NCBI RefSeq assembly: GCF_004010195.1
Contig: NW_025215060.1
Span: forward strand, 1-53,529
DNA: 53,529 nucleotides
From: Chiloscyllium plagiosum
Taxonomy: Eukaryota
Reading direction: 5' to 3'
Below, piece after piece: positions 26,401 to 39,591 of this stretch. The position numbers were made by a program, and so were the translations under genes. How positions within the stretch are numbered: the first letter of the stretch is position 1; every line of letters starts with the position of its first letter. Below the pieces are notes generated by a model. It was not told where the DNA came from and made no database searches. It was given only the letters and a program-made list of their open reading frames with translations.

Positions 26401-28269
26401 TTACAGAAAGTGTGCTTGCATGTGGAATGAATTTCCTAAAGAAGTAGTGGATGTGGGCACAGTTACAGCATTTAAAAGACACTTAAATCAGTACATGAAT
26501 AGGAAAGGTTTGAACGGATATGGGCCTGGAGCAGGGACGAGTTAAGTTTGGGATTATGTTCAGGATAGACTGGTTGAACCAAAGGGTCTGTTTTCATGCT
26601 GTAGGGTTCTACGTACTAATTGCAACAGGAGCATTCAATGAAATGGCTTCCTTGAGTGTGTATTTGCAGTATTTGATTGAAATGTGGCACACAATGGTAT
26701 TGTGAATAACAAGCTCCAAATGCAGGATGTAGCAATGTAATGATTGACAAACAAATGTATCAAACACGTTTTCAAAGATCATGGAAATCAATGTTCTGCA
26801 AAGAATTCATATAGATAAGAGGAACAGCAGCCACTATTCGCTCAGTCATTCAGCACTAAGTAAATACATTCTACAATGTGGTGCCAACGTATCCAGACCA
26901 GAAGAAACCAGATTTTATTCCCCACAGATAATTTCCAATCCTGACCCTGCACTGCAACTATCTGCTGCACTGATTTGAATTGTATATGTCCAAACTGGAC
27001 CTAAAGTTTGAAGCCAAGTCAGTTGCATTGTAAATCTCTAAGAGGCAGAAACTGCTGCAGATTGTGAGTTGCAAAGGCTGCTGCAGCCAGGGTACAGGCG
27101 ACCTTGCAGAGGAGAGGAGGCAACAGTTTGAAGGCCAGCAGCATAAATGCTCACAGAAGTGGCCATTTGGGCAAAACAGAAGTAAATTACGTGGTCCTGA
27201 GATTTGTCATGCAGAAAAAAATGCTTTGACATTATCTATTTTGACCCCAACACGTACAGATATTAAATCAATCTGTTCAGAGATGTTATTATGCCACTCT
27301 GGAATAGGATTTGAACATGGGCTCCTGACTCAGAGATGGGAGATAAAATCATTATGCCATAACATCCTCCACTCTCCAATAGCAACACACTATTTTGCAC
27401 AAGACTATTCCACATTGTGCTGAATTCATATTCACAATTCCACCCTCCATAGCTTGTTAACAAGCTCATGGACTTAAATGGTCAAGAGTGTTTTCCTCAA
27501 TTCAACCTCCAGCAGCTTTTGGAAATCCGAGCATGTCCGGAACCCCAGATGCCCTCAGGTAACATGAGTTTGATATATGTGTCTGTAACTATTCCTAACC
27601 CAACTGGTGATTGAAATCTGACTCCATGTCTCCACTGAATTAGTTGACTTCAGCCAGGCAGCAATAGGATCTCACAATTATCCTCAATCCCCAATTTAGG
27701 GAGAAAACAAATCCAACATTGACAATGCTTTCAAGATCTTCCCAAAAAGAAATCATGTTGGCCTACCTCATGAAGATTGCACGCTTTATGGTCAAAGGAT
27801 TCTACATAAAGCAGTCATCCAACACTCAGATGTCTATAACAGGAATGTGGACATTTCATTGTCAGGTTGTGGACTGTTAGAAACGCACACTGGAGTTTCA
27901 TGTTCCACACAAAGGTGAAATAGTAACCGCACCTTAATGTTAAAGACTTGGCTAATCTGATTTTCAGGTTGGCTTTTAAATGGCTACCAAGCACTCCTGC
28001 CCCAAACAGGCAGGAGGCTATTGATATATCTAAACTTAGGCTCTGAATGGTTTGTAATATCTTAATTCTCAATTTTTATGAATTCCATCCAACTGCCGAA
28101 AGCTTTAAGTAACTTAACCAAAGGTCCATAAGTGGATCATCGTGGAACATTTCAAAAATGATTTCAAATATTCCTGGAAATTATGAAGCATCAAGAGGAA
28201 CAGGAAAGCTAAAAGGTCTTCCAGTTCCCATCCTACCAACCTCTGAACTCCACTTTGGTTGACTTCCAC

Positions 28270-28500
28270 TGTGTAGTTATTGGAACCAGGTTGACCTCAT
28301 TGACTATGAGGCCTTTGATTGGGGTTATTAACCTGGGCCAATCAGGAAAACCCTGGCTGACCAACACAGTCAGGAGAATAGAATTCAGGCAACTGACTCT
28401 GAGCTGGTTGGCGACAGCCAGTGTAATGTGCACAAATAAATAAAGAGTGACTTGGTGATGAGAACGGGATGGATGCTGACTTCTGTGAAGTTATTTCACA
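28270..28500 (+). mobile_element. Short solo-LTR-like element
   Basis: TG...CA termini, CCAAT boxes (gattgg/ccaatc) and AATAAA near the 3' end. A related minus-strand copy lies at about 20350-20805. No clear TSD. Confidence 0.5.
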
Positions 28501-30959
28501 TTGGTTTCACTCAGGGAGCCAACATATTTCAATTTCCTGGTTTGATGTAATGCCACTAGCCTTCATGAAGCATTGTGTAGCTCTTCAGCTATTCATACAT
28601 GAAACCTGACAGGATGAGGAGAGGTTACGCAACTATATGCTCATTTGGACATATGCTGAAAGTTGTCCTCAAATGTTTCCATGAATTGCACACATCTGAA
28701 CCTGCAGTTAGGAACCAAGTTATGAATTAAGGTGGGCTGGAAACATTCCTTTTTCAAACCTCCACACATATCAAATTCAAAGATGAGAACAAATCTTAGG
28801 TGTAAAAACATAAACTAGCCAAATTTTTTCACCTCTAAGGCTAGGTGGGAGTCAAAGTGTATTTTTCCAGCTGATAACACAATTCTAATTCTGGGATTCA
28901 CTACTGACATACAAAATACTTTACAGAAAGAATCCAAAGTTTGGATTCTGTTCTAGACTTATTCAGAGAATAGCCACTTTGATTCAGGGTAACAAAGGCA
29001 TTTGTGAAATCATGACCAGTATGATTCAATTTTCATGGGAAAGAAAGGGGAAAACTTGAAAAGAAAAAAATCCAACTAAAGTAGGACTTAGTTTTTGTAT
29101 TTAGAATAGTCTATAGATCATATTACCTTTCTTCTAATACATAACCCCAGCAGATTTAAAACAGACTAAAGGCGAGTTTGCAAAATCTGCTGGAACAACA
29201 AAACTTGAATTGTGCACAACAGCAAAAGTCCTGGCCCCAAGCTACTTCTGCTTTATGTCAAAAGATTGATATCACAAACAAAGCTCCATCCTCAAAGTAA
29301 TTAATCAGTGCAAATACATTTAGTCGTGAAACGATGTCTGCACTTGTGGAAAGTTGATAATGTTAACTATGTTGAGTAAACTTATGGAAAAAAAAAGGTA
29401 AATTACTCCAGGTAGTTTCTATGCAAATAATAAGTTTGATTGTACCTCAAGCATATTTCGCTATGCCGAGGGTTAATAACATTCTGGTGCTGCATCTGTG
29501 TCATCTGACTGTGCATTTAAACTGCATTTTATTATTTGTTCATGCTAGTGCTAAACCAGCACTTGTTGCATACCCCTAAATGCCTTTGAGAATATTGTGG
29601 GGAGCTGCTTTGTTAAATTGCTGATGTGTACAGAGGTTAGGCACACGCAGAGTGTTGGCAGGGATTTCCAGGATTTTGATGCAGCAACAGCGAAGGAACA
29701 GTGATATTATTCCATGTCAGGATGGAGTGTGACTTGGAAGGCTTCTTACAGGTAGTGGTAGTCCCATGCTGCCTTTGTCATCCCAGGTGACAGAGGTGAT
29801 GGGTTTGAAAACTGCTGTTGAAGACTCTTACAGTTTGATGAAAGAAAATTCTCTTAGAATAAACAATTCACTCATCATAAATTTTTCGATATTCCACGCA
29901 CATATAAGATTTATTCATCCAATGATGCTATCAATTTCTCCAGCTTCACAAAAATCCATACAACCACTTCCCACCACTCTAACACCACATGACATCATCC
30001 CAAGAATTCTCATCAACTTTTCTCATGGAAAAGCACAGGCATAAGTGCAGGGATTCATTCTTCCCTTCACCACACCAGATGTCCATTGTCTTCAATACTG
30101 CCAATCATTTTCTACAATACTCACATTACAACTTTCAGTCCTACCTTTTTTAAAAATTTACCTTTCTTTAACCATAGCTCTCTGCTCTTCCTGCTCCATC
30201 TAACTTTTCTGGACCCCAATGAAATCTGGCAATCTTTTGTTTGACCATTGCACCCAAAATGATGGTCCAACACCCCAAGTCAACTAACAACTAGTGTCAT
30301 TTGCTATCGCAGCTTTACATTAGAATAGACAATAGATAATTTGCTGTCAATTACACTGAAATAATTTAATACTTTTAATCTGAAAAGCACTAAATTACTG
30401 TTTAAAAACAAAGTGCAAACATTGAGATTCATTTTTTTTTAAACCAGTAATTTTGCCAAAAACTTCTTTGATTCATGTGTCAAGTGCATTAATTGGACAG
30501 ATAACTACTGTGATGAGCAGATGAATGTAGTTGGTATGATTTAACAGCCATAAACACAAATTTATTTTTCCCAATGCCCCTCAAAAACTGTGTCACTGGC
30601 ACTTAATGCCACTGAATGAATGTTTTATTGAAATCATATTTCTTTTGTTGGTGCTGCACAAAATCACAGTGCTACAGAATGAGATGTAAAATTCTGGAAT
30701 CCTACAAAACAGTGCTTCAGTAATGTAGTAACTTTAAGGTGATACAAAACATTATCTAAAATAATACACTTGCACTGCTTTGATTTGTAGTACACAGAGG
30801 TTCTTTGCAAAGTCAGCTTTATAAAATATCTACGCTTTCAACTTGGAATGGAAGTCAGTTTTAATTGACAAATGCAAATGAAAAATCAATAAGATGATAA
30901 AAATTCTGTCCTTTCAATTATAACCATTTTTTAGGATGTTGGAATTAATATATAAGGAA

Positions 30960-32500
30960 ATAGCATGCATCAACGTATGTTGATAAAGTGCCTTTAACAT
31001 AACAAGAACATTATAAATTTTAAAATACAGCACAAAGGCATATAAGAGATATTAAAGCCCAAGGCGACAAGCTAGTCAAACAATTAGGTTAAGGCGTTCC
31101 TTAAAGGGAGGGAAGCGGGCTAGAAAGCTGGAGAGGTATAGGTAGGCAACTCTAGAGTTTGCTGCCTAGGCAACTGAAATCCTAGCCATGAAAGGGAAGT
31201 GATTAAAATGAGAAATTAAAACCAAAATTAAATGAGGGCAGTATCTCAGAGGGTGGTGGAGCTGGAGATCACAGAGATAGGCATGGGCAAGAGCATGGAA
31301 GAAGATTTAAAAAGACATATACTTTTAAAATGTTGCTTGACCAAGAACCAATGCAGGTCAGGAGGGTCAGTCAGCTCAAGGGTGACAACTGAAGCCGACT
31401 GATGCAAATTATGACACAGACAGCAGAGGATGAATGACCCAGAGGATAAAACTTGGGAAACTGTTCAGGAATACTTTGGAATAGCCAAGTAGAAAGGAGA
31501 TAAAGGCATGAATGAAGGTTTCAGCAGATGAGCTGAGACAGGGTTGAAATCATGCCGTATTACAGAAATGGAAGTATACAAACCTACTGATGACACAAGA
31601 AAGATTGTGAATAGATTGTTCGATTATTTCAAGTAAAGCGTTTGAGTTGGCAATGTTTGGATCAGAAAAGTAGTGACTTCAATTTTTCAATATTTACACA
31701 GAGGAAATTTCTGTTTATTCAGCATTGGAAATTTGCTAAGCAGTCTAATAATTTAGCCACAATGAAAGAGAAGTGATGAGGAGGTAAAGCTCTTGTCGCC
31801 AACATACATGTGAAATCTAATGCTGTCCTTCACACAATGCTGGCAAAGGGAAGCATATAAATGAGAAAGAGTAGGGAACTAAAAATGGCTCCCTTGGGGG
31901 AATAGCAGAGATATAAAAGCTAGAGGAGAAGCTTTGCAAGTGATACTTTGACAATAATTAGAAAAAAAAAGTGGAACTAAAGAACAGTCCCAACCAACTG
32001 GACAGCAGTGAAGAGGCACTGGGGAAGGATGTGGGGGCTAATCAAAGGCTGCAGATGGGTTGAGAAGGATTAGGGGGAATAGTTTGCTTTGTCAGAGTCA
32101 CACAGAATGTCTATTTAAGATCTTGATAGGAGCGGTTTTGGCACAGCAGCCAGAACAGAAACCTTACTGGAGGGATTTAGCAACAGAATGCAAGGAAAAG
32201 TGGACATGGATTTGGAAACCAACAAGACACTGGGGAGAAAAAAAAGAGGTTGGAGATGGGGTTGTATTGACAAGGATATGCAACAGGGGTCAACAATTGG
32301 ATTTTTGAGAACAGCCACGTTATCAATAGTTTTATAAAGAAAGGATAATGCCTGAAGGCAATTAATTATTAACAATATAAGTTAGTACAGGGCCAGGAGG
32401 CATGCTTAAGTGATCATGGGATCAGGCAGTTGGTCTCATGAACAAGTTGAATTTGGAGAGGGCATGAGTGAGCTAGGAAAGAAGTTGGCGAAAAATATGA
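30960..32500 (-). mobile_element. Old L2-like LINE fragment
   Basis: A long purine-rich stretch beginning with an L2-type 3' terminus (ataaagtgcctttaacataac); no intact ORF. Confidence 0.5.
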
Positions 32501-32796
32501 CCATCTTTTAAAGTCAGATGCCCCGTTCAATACAGAAAAGACAAGAAACAAGAAACATGTTGGGCCGAAGGGCCAGTTTCTGTCCTCTGGATGTCTATGA
32601 CTATGACTAAACAACCTTTTCATTCACGCAAAACTTTATTAATGGCACATTGAAAGGTATTTTTCAAAATAATTTGTTTAGTAAAGATGTAATCCATTTT
32701 AACTTGAAAACTTACTATTTCTGTTTGATACAATGTAGTCTCAGAAAGATGTAATAGCAACAAGCTGATTGAGGAACAAATATGTTCCACACCTAC

Positions 32797-32922
32797 CTTT
32801 AAAAATCTGCACAAAGCCCAAAATGATGATAACAGCTAGAGCCAACAACTTAGCTGCAGCAAAAATATCTTGTACTCTTGTAGCTGCCTTCACGCTATAA
32901 CAGTTAATTGCTGTCAAAAACA
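32797..32922 (-). CDS. SLC7A5: SLC7A5/LAT1 coding exon 2 (126 nt)
   Basis: Polypyrimidine acceptor TTTCCTCTTCCTTTTCAG|TG, then (L)[41 protein letters not shown](G), then donor G|GTAGGT at 32791-32796. Phase 1-1 joins exon 1 in frame (T+TG = Leu). Confidence 0.96.
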
Positions 32923-34999
32923 CTGAAAAGGAAGAGGAAAAGGCAGTCAGTGATTTATTTCTTCCAAATTCTTTTATCTGAAAACCCAGACACTTCTTGA
33001 ACAAGATACACATTCACAATCAACCTGCACACTGATATTAATGCTTTGAAGATTCAAAGAACAAATACATTTGGTAATTTTAGTTAGAGCATGCTACAAG
33101 GTTTTAGGGTCAGACTTTTCATTACTGAGAAAGATAGCTTATGTCAGAAAATTTAGCAACTTAGCAGACCCAAGTTAAAATACCAGGCCCCATCATGTCA
33201 AGGTTTTATCTGGGAAGGTGGAGGCAAGATCCGATTGTATTTGCCAATCTGGAAGCAGACTGGAGGCAGCCATGGGGGCAAGCAATTGCTGAGAAGGTTG
33301 CTTAGAAAGCCTAGTTCAGTTCTCCAGGATGCTGTCCCAACTGTTTTAAAAGGGGCTACTCCTTCCTTCCCTCACCCACTCCCTATGTCCCCGCTGGCTG
33401 TACCATGGCCACTCATCCACTATACAATGTACAGAACCAGTGAGTCATAAAATAAACAATTGCCAGTCTTGAAATGCTATGGAAGAGGAACACCCACTCA
33501 GAAATTGGCTTTGAAAAAAAATACTGACATTACAATCCTACAGAAGTGTCCATCAGTTAAAGCCATTCATAGCATTAATAACAGCTCTTCATCTTGTCCA
33601 AATAAACAGTGGCATTGACTAAATGTAACAATGAAAGAATAATTCATGATAACTCCACAAATACAGCAAACACTCCATGCCCACCTAGCAAACAGAAAGC
33701 TCGCTGCAACTGAAGTTCAGCCAAGCATTATCAGGCCATCTGAAAACTGTACTGACAGACAGATAGACAGAAATCTCCAAACATGCCCGTTATTAATGCA
33801 AATTTAATAGAGTCATGTGAAACAGAGAACATAATGAATTATTGTTTTTTTTAGGACTGGACAAAAACATTTCATGGACTTAGCTAGAATCCCAAGGTTG
33901 CACTCCAGCGGTAATTCCTGGGCACAGTCCTGGCTCATTACCAACTTGAAGCAGACCATCATTTCTTATAAAGATTACCTTTGCCCACCAGCTAACAACA
34001 TAGAACCACTTCTCAGCTCCTGACTGTTGTTTTCTCATACAGCGCAAGTCTGCCACTGTTTTAATGACCCGATCCATCAGCTGTTTAGAAAAAAACTTCA
34101 ATGGAGCATGCACAACCTAAGAGGCCGCCACATTCCACATATGTTGTGCAACTATTCAGCCCTTTGGGAAATGGAGTTCAGAACCTGAAATGAGGTCAGT
34201 TCACATTTCTTAATGAACAGCAGACTGAGAAAGTGATTAAAGAAAGCATAAAGAAACAAAGTACAAAAGCAAGAAATTCTAATGAAATTGTCTAAACATC
34301 GGTTCAACTGCATGTGGAAAATTGTGTTCAACTCTGAGAACTGCACAAAATTTTAGGAAGGATAGGAAAACTTTAGAGAGGACACAGAATAATTTAAGGA
34401 AATGTTTCCACAATGATTTCAATTACATGTTAGTTTGGAGAAATTTAGGTTATTCTCCTTAGAGTTGAGGAGGTACAAGGGAAATTAAGATGTTGAAAAT
34501 CAAGAAGGATCTGGACAGTTAACTAAAACAGGTGGAGGGGGTTGAGAACTAAAAGGCAGAGATTTAAGGTGTTTGGCAAAAAATATAAGGCCAACATGAG
34601 GGACAACTTTTATTACATAGCATTTGGTTAGGATCTGTAATACACTGGCTGAAAGGTTGGTCCAGTTGAATTGTGGCTTTCAAAAGGTTATTAGATAATT
34701 ACCTAAGCAGAATAAATCTACAAAGTCAGGAAAGGATGGTGGATGCTGAACTGTTCTTGCAAACAGCTGATGCAGACTTGACCAGCCAACTGACTTTCTT
34801 CTGTCCTCTAACTATTCTATGACTAAAAGAACTCCAATGAGTTCTACTGTAGAAGGATAAGCAGCTATTGCGGAAGGGGATGAGAAAAAAAAATTCAGTC
34901 AACTTCTTTAATGCTGTTGACTAAGTAAATACATCCATTGATTTCTTTGCTTTATCTTCTCTTACCATAGTATCATGCATGTTATCATACACTAGAACA

Positions 35000-35330
35000 G
35001 AATCCCTACAGTTGGAAACAGGCCACTCGGCGCAACGAGTTCACACCAACCCTCTGAAAAGCATCCCACCCAGCCCCAGCCCCCTACCCTTTCCCTGTAA
35101 CCCTGCATTGCCCATGGCTCATGCATCTAACCAACACTTCCCTGAACATTATGGGCAATTTAGCATGGCCAATCCAACTAACTTGCATATCTTTGGACTG
35201 TGGGAGGAAACCCAAGCACCTGCAGGAAAATGTGCAAACTCCACACAGACAGTCACCAGAGGGTGGAATCAAACCCCGGTCCCTGGTATTGTGAGGCAGC
35301 AATGCTAACCACTGAACCACAGTGCCACCC
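35000..35330 (-). mobile_element. HE1-type V-SINE
   Basis: Reverse complement of the V-domain and tRNA head (gcaaactccacacagacagtcacc..gtgaggcagcaatgctaaccactga). Confidence 0.85.
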
Positions 35331-35614
35331 AGACAGCTATGTGTTATTTGTGTAATCCTTCTAACAAGTAGTCACCGGACATCACCCTACCTGACCCCCA
35401 ATCTTCATCAGAAACCAATTCTCTCTGAAAGAGGAAATTTTTTGTGTTGATGTTATACAAGTTAGAAATTTGATTGTTACTCAAGGCAACAGCTGTCTCT
35501 TCAGAGAATAAGTTAACCTCAAGCAATTATAAAACATTAGAACTTTAAATCCCTGTATATGGAACAGTAGTACAATCGGAATTTGGTTTCAAGTTAACTT
35601 GATTAGGGACTTAG

Positions 35615-36560
35615 GTGAGTGAACTGAATAGAATTTATTGTCACGTGTATTGAGGCACAGTGAAAAGTTTTGTCTTGTGAGCAATACAAGCAGCTCACAG
35701 GTAGCATACATAAGTAAATAATAGGTAAAAAGCGGCAAAAACAAAAACACAGGTATAGGCGTTAATAGTTTGAGAGTCCATTCAGTATTCTGACAACAAT
35801 ATGGTAGAAACTGTTATGGAACTGGCTGGTGCGAGTGTTCAGGCTTTTGTACCTTGTCCCCAATGGTTGTAGAAAAACATTGCTGGGGGGGGGGGGGCGG
35901 AAGACTTGGATCTTTAAGAATGCTGGTGGCCTTTCATTAACAGTGGGCCTGGTAGATGGATTTTATGGACGGGAGGTTGGCCTTTGTGATTGTCCAGGCC
36001 GAGTTCACCATTCTCTGTAACCATCTCTGATCTTGAATGGTACAATTGCCATACCAGGTAGTGACACAGCCAGACAGAATGCTCTCAATGGTGCACCTGT
36101 AAAAGTTGGCAAGGATATTCACCATCATGCCAAATTTCCTCAGCTGCCTGAGGAAGAGGAGACGTTGTTGGGCCTTTGTAACCAGTGCGTCCACATGAAG
36201 AGTCCAAGAAAGCCTGTGGATGACCACTCCCAGGAGCTTGACACTCTCCACTCGTTCCACATCTGTGCTCTTAATGTGTAGGGGGGCATGAGTAACATCC
36301 CGCCAAAAGTCAATAATAGAGTTCCTTGGTTTTGCCGGCATTGAGATCTAGGTTGTTCTCAATGCACCAATTTTTCCAGGTCTTCCACCTCCTGTCTGTA
36401 GTCTGTTTCGTCACTGTAGACTGACTATGGTGGTGTCATCAGCAAACTTGTAAATGGCATTAGTCTGGAATTTGGTGATGCAGTCATGGGTATACAGTGA
36501 GTACAGTAGGGGGTTGAGTACATACTCCTGGGGGGCTGCAGTGTTGAGTGTTAGCGAAAA
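35615..36560 (-). mobile_element. Rex1/Babar-clade LINE 3' fragment
   Basis: ORF 35937..36341 reads KAQQRLLFLRQLRKFG...NFYRCTIESILSGCVTTWYGNC, characteristic of the Rex1/Babar RT C-terminus. Confidence 0.85.
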
Positions 36561-36584
36561 TATACTCATAAAAACAACTTTGGG

Positions 36585-37100
36585 GGAGGGAATGGCTTAG
36601 TGGTAATATCACTGGACTGTTAATCTAGAGAGGAGAAAGTGAGGACTGCAGATGCTGGAGATCAGAGCTGAAAATATGTTGCTGGAAAAGCTGGTTTCCT
36701 GAAGAAGGGCTTATGCCCAAAACGTCGATTCTCCTGCTCCTTGGATGCTGCCTGACCTGCTGCGCTTTTCCAGCAACACATTTTTCAGCTGTTAATCCAG
36801 AGACTCAGAGAATGTTCTCAGGATCCGGATTCAAATCCCACCACGGCAGATGGTAGAATTTGAAATCAGTAAAAACTCTGTAATTAAGAGTTCTGTTGGT
36901 CATGAAGCCATTGCTGATTGTCAGGGGAAAAAACCCACCTGGTTCACTAATGTCCTTTAGAGAAGAAAACTGGCATCCTTACCTGATCTGGCCACATGTG
37001 ACTCTAGACCCATTGTCAATGTGGTTGATTTTTAACTGCCCTTCGGGCAATACATGCTGGCCTAGCCAGTGATGCCCTCATCCCACAAATGGATGAGAAA
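36585..37100 (+). mobile_element. tRNA-derived SINE (second family) carrying a Penelope insertion
   Basis: A-box-like tggcttagtggt and B-box-like gattcaaatcc; body shared with 20395-20740 and 38700-39025. Confidence 0.72.
36632..36788 (+). mobile_element. Short Penelope pseudo-LTR insertion with inverted segment and 15-bp TSD
   Basis: CTGAAGA-A-GGGC-TTAT-GCCC-AAAAC-GTC at 36699-36726. Inverted arms are agctgaaaatatgttgctggaaaagc and gcttttccagcaacacatttttcagct. TSD ctgttaatctagaga/ctgttaatccagaga at 36617-36631 and 36789-36803, inside a tRNA-SINE head. Confidence 0.8.
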
Positions 37101-37109
37101 AAGCTGCAA

Positions 37110-38600
37110 GAAAAACTGAAAGAACTGCAGATGCTGGAAAGTAGAACCAAAAACAAAAACAGAAATTGCTAGAACAACTTAGCTGGTCTGAGTTAGATAA
37201 CTTTGATTTCTCTTCACAGATGCTGCCAGACCTACAGGTAATTATTCTATAATGAGATGATTGTGCTCTTGTGTGAACCTGCGCTAAATAAAATTGTGCA
37301 ATAAAAATAACACTTAAAGTATTTGCAATGCCCTCACGTTATAGCCAACACACATTTTAGAAACAGTGTCCCCTATTCGTCGATCACATTACAGCCAATC
37401 CAGGTTGATAAAACAATTTGTACTGAGCTTTTCCAGCGATTTCTACTTTTGTTAAAAATAACCACACTTCAAAATTCGTGGCCATGTATATGCAGCACTA
37501 TGACTTCAAATGGTAGACATAAATAGTGTAAAATTTATGCCAGACTAAATAAATAACAAGTGGGTTGAAAATGCTGGAAATCTGAGAAAGAGAACATACT
37601 AAAAATACTTTGCAAGTCTCTAGGCAAAGGAACACAGGTATAGTTTCAGTTAATGATGCTTCATCAGAATTCAGAGATATAACAGATTTTAAGCAAACCA
37701 TGGAAATGTGGAGGTATAAAGTGAATATCTGTTGCAAGGTGGAATGGAGGAGAAATTAAAATTACAAAAGCGGAGTTACAGCAAAGGGAAGACAGAGAGA
37801 TAATGATATTCAAGTTAAAATGGAAAAACAGAATCAACATCAAGAAGTGCCTTTCAAAAATGAAAACAGTGTCACTTAGTGTCTAGTCCAGGAGACTTTG
37901 AAGTGCCTAAGCAAGAAATGAGGTTTAGTTCTTGGAGCTTGCACTGAACTCCAGGGAAGTGTTAGCATCATTTAAATAGAAGAAGTGTTTGTAGAAGCCG
38001 GCAATGGAGGAATCTGGGTGTGCTAGTACATGAATCATAAAAGATAAACAGGTGCTGCAAGTGGAATGGTGACGTTTATTAAAAAGGGGAAAGAAGTACA
38101 ATATTTGGAAAGTGTTAATACAGCCAGCACAGGATTTTGCTGAGACCACATCTGGGGTATTGTGTGCAATTTTGGCCTTCTTACTTGAAAAATACATATA
38201 ACTGCAATAAAAGCATTTCAAAAGGGTTCTCAGCTCATTCCTTTCATGAAAGCCCATAAAATGTAGGAACAGAAATAGGCCATACAGACCTTGGAATATG
38301 CTCCACCATTTAATGAGAAGAACTTATGAAAATGGAATAAAAGCAAGGTAATGTGGATGCTGGAGATCTGAAATAAAATAGAAAGAGCTTGAGAAATTCA
38401 GCAGCTCTGGTACCTGTAGAGAGAAACAAATCTAATGGTTTAACACTGATAACACCTTCAAGGAAGAGTAATATGAAACTCTAAGTTTGTTTCTTGTTCC
38501 ACAGATGCTGCAGTCATATCAGAATGTTAGATTTGTTTCTCTCGCCACAGATTCTGTCAGACATGCTGGGTTTTTCCAGTAGTTTCTATCTCTCCCAAAA
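37110..38600. mobile_element. Cluster of older Penelope-like pseudo-LTR fragments (about 37110-37240, 37550-37670, 38340-38590) and a decayed CR1 piece (about 37880-38240)
   Basis: Recurring gcagatgctggaaa / cacagatgctgccagacct motifs and a minus-strand CTGATGA...GAAAC remnant near 37640-37668. Confidence 0.5.
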
Positions 38601-38699
38601 AGTGGTTGTGTCCAAACTGTGAGACTTTCTGAACATCCAACTGAATCTCCTGAGGCGATTGCAAATTAAATTCTGAAAGCTCTGGGAAAACAATTTTTT

Positions 38700-39025
38700 A
38701 AAAATTCATTCACAGGTTGTTCCTGGCTAGGGCAGCATTTATTGCCCATCCCAGAGGGCAGTTAAGAGTTAACCACATTGCTGTGGATCTGGAGTCACAT
38801 GTGGGAGGCAGTTTCCTTTCTGAAATAACAGCAGTGAACCAGATGGGTTTTTGACAATCAACAATGGATTAAAGGTCATCATTTGACTCTTAATTCCAAA
38901 CTTTTACTGAAGTCAAATCCGCCACCAGCTGTGGGGGGTTTCAAACCTGAGTCCCCAGAACATTACCTGGGTCTCTGGATTAACACTGCAGCAATAATAC
39001 CACTCGGTCAAGACCCTGCCACACC
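38700..39025 (-). mobile_element. tRNA-derived SINE (second family)
   Basis: Homologous to 20395-20740. Confidence 0.7.
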
Positions 39026-39385
39026 CCCCACCTTCAGTTTTTTTCAGCTGATTTGCCTCTCCCATTGATAACACCATTCCAGTTTTGCAGTTTACTGCTT
39101 TATATACATTATACTTTAGCAAAAGAATTCAAGTTTTTCAAAGCTGGTGACTCATCTCACATGATCAAAAACATTCAGAACAAGCTTACACAAGGAAGAA
39201 AGCACAAAGCATTAAGCAGCAGCATAGAGAGTCATGGAGCAGCACAGAACACTGAGGAGGCAGTGCAGTGATGAGAGGGCAAACATAATTTCAAAATGAT
39301 TTATTTTGAATGTTACAAGCGGCACAGTCTCAGTTTGGCAATTTCCAATTTCCCTGGACATGAACTCTGCCCTTCGTATGTCATA

Positions 39386-39591
39386 CAGGATGTTCTGGTA
39401 TAATGCGCGTTTCGACAATGCAAATTGTGGACAGTGTTTGGATAATGCAAATTTTCTAAATTAAAGGGTATAGTCATTTATTATAGCAGTCATCGAGACT
39501 GCAATTTTCTTTGGTGGTTTTCCACAGCTCGATTTTCAATAGCACAGGGTTTCAGAGGAACGCAACTACTGTGTTATAGCAGAATGACCTG
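39386..39591. mobile_element. Tc1/mariner (pogo/Tigger-like) MITE, 206 bp
   Basis: TA|CAGGATGTTCTGGTATAA ... TTATAGCAGAATGACCTG|TA: imperfect terminal inverted repeats with a TA duplication. Confidence 0.72.

Noticed and set aside
27436..27450. Minus-strand YGGWN in ORF 27263..27469, matching the LAT1 TM6 motif FAYGGWNY
   Set aside because: The flanking residues do not match LAT1 and there are no suitable splice sites. The motif spans the exon 3/4 junction in the known gene. Some 5-aa match to a 500-aa protein is plausible by chance in six frames of 53 kb.
27451..27466. Perfect 16-bp palindrome agcttgttaacaagct
   Set aside because: About one such palindrome is expected by chance in 53 kb (53529/4^8 is about 0.8).
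32741..33013. 90-aa ORF as a standalone gene
   Set aside because: Only the central 42 codons are SLC7A5 exon 2; the rest is intron.
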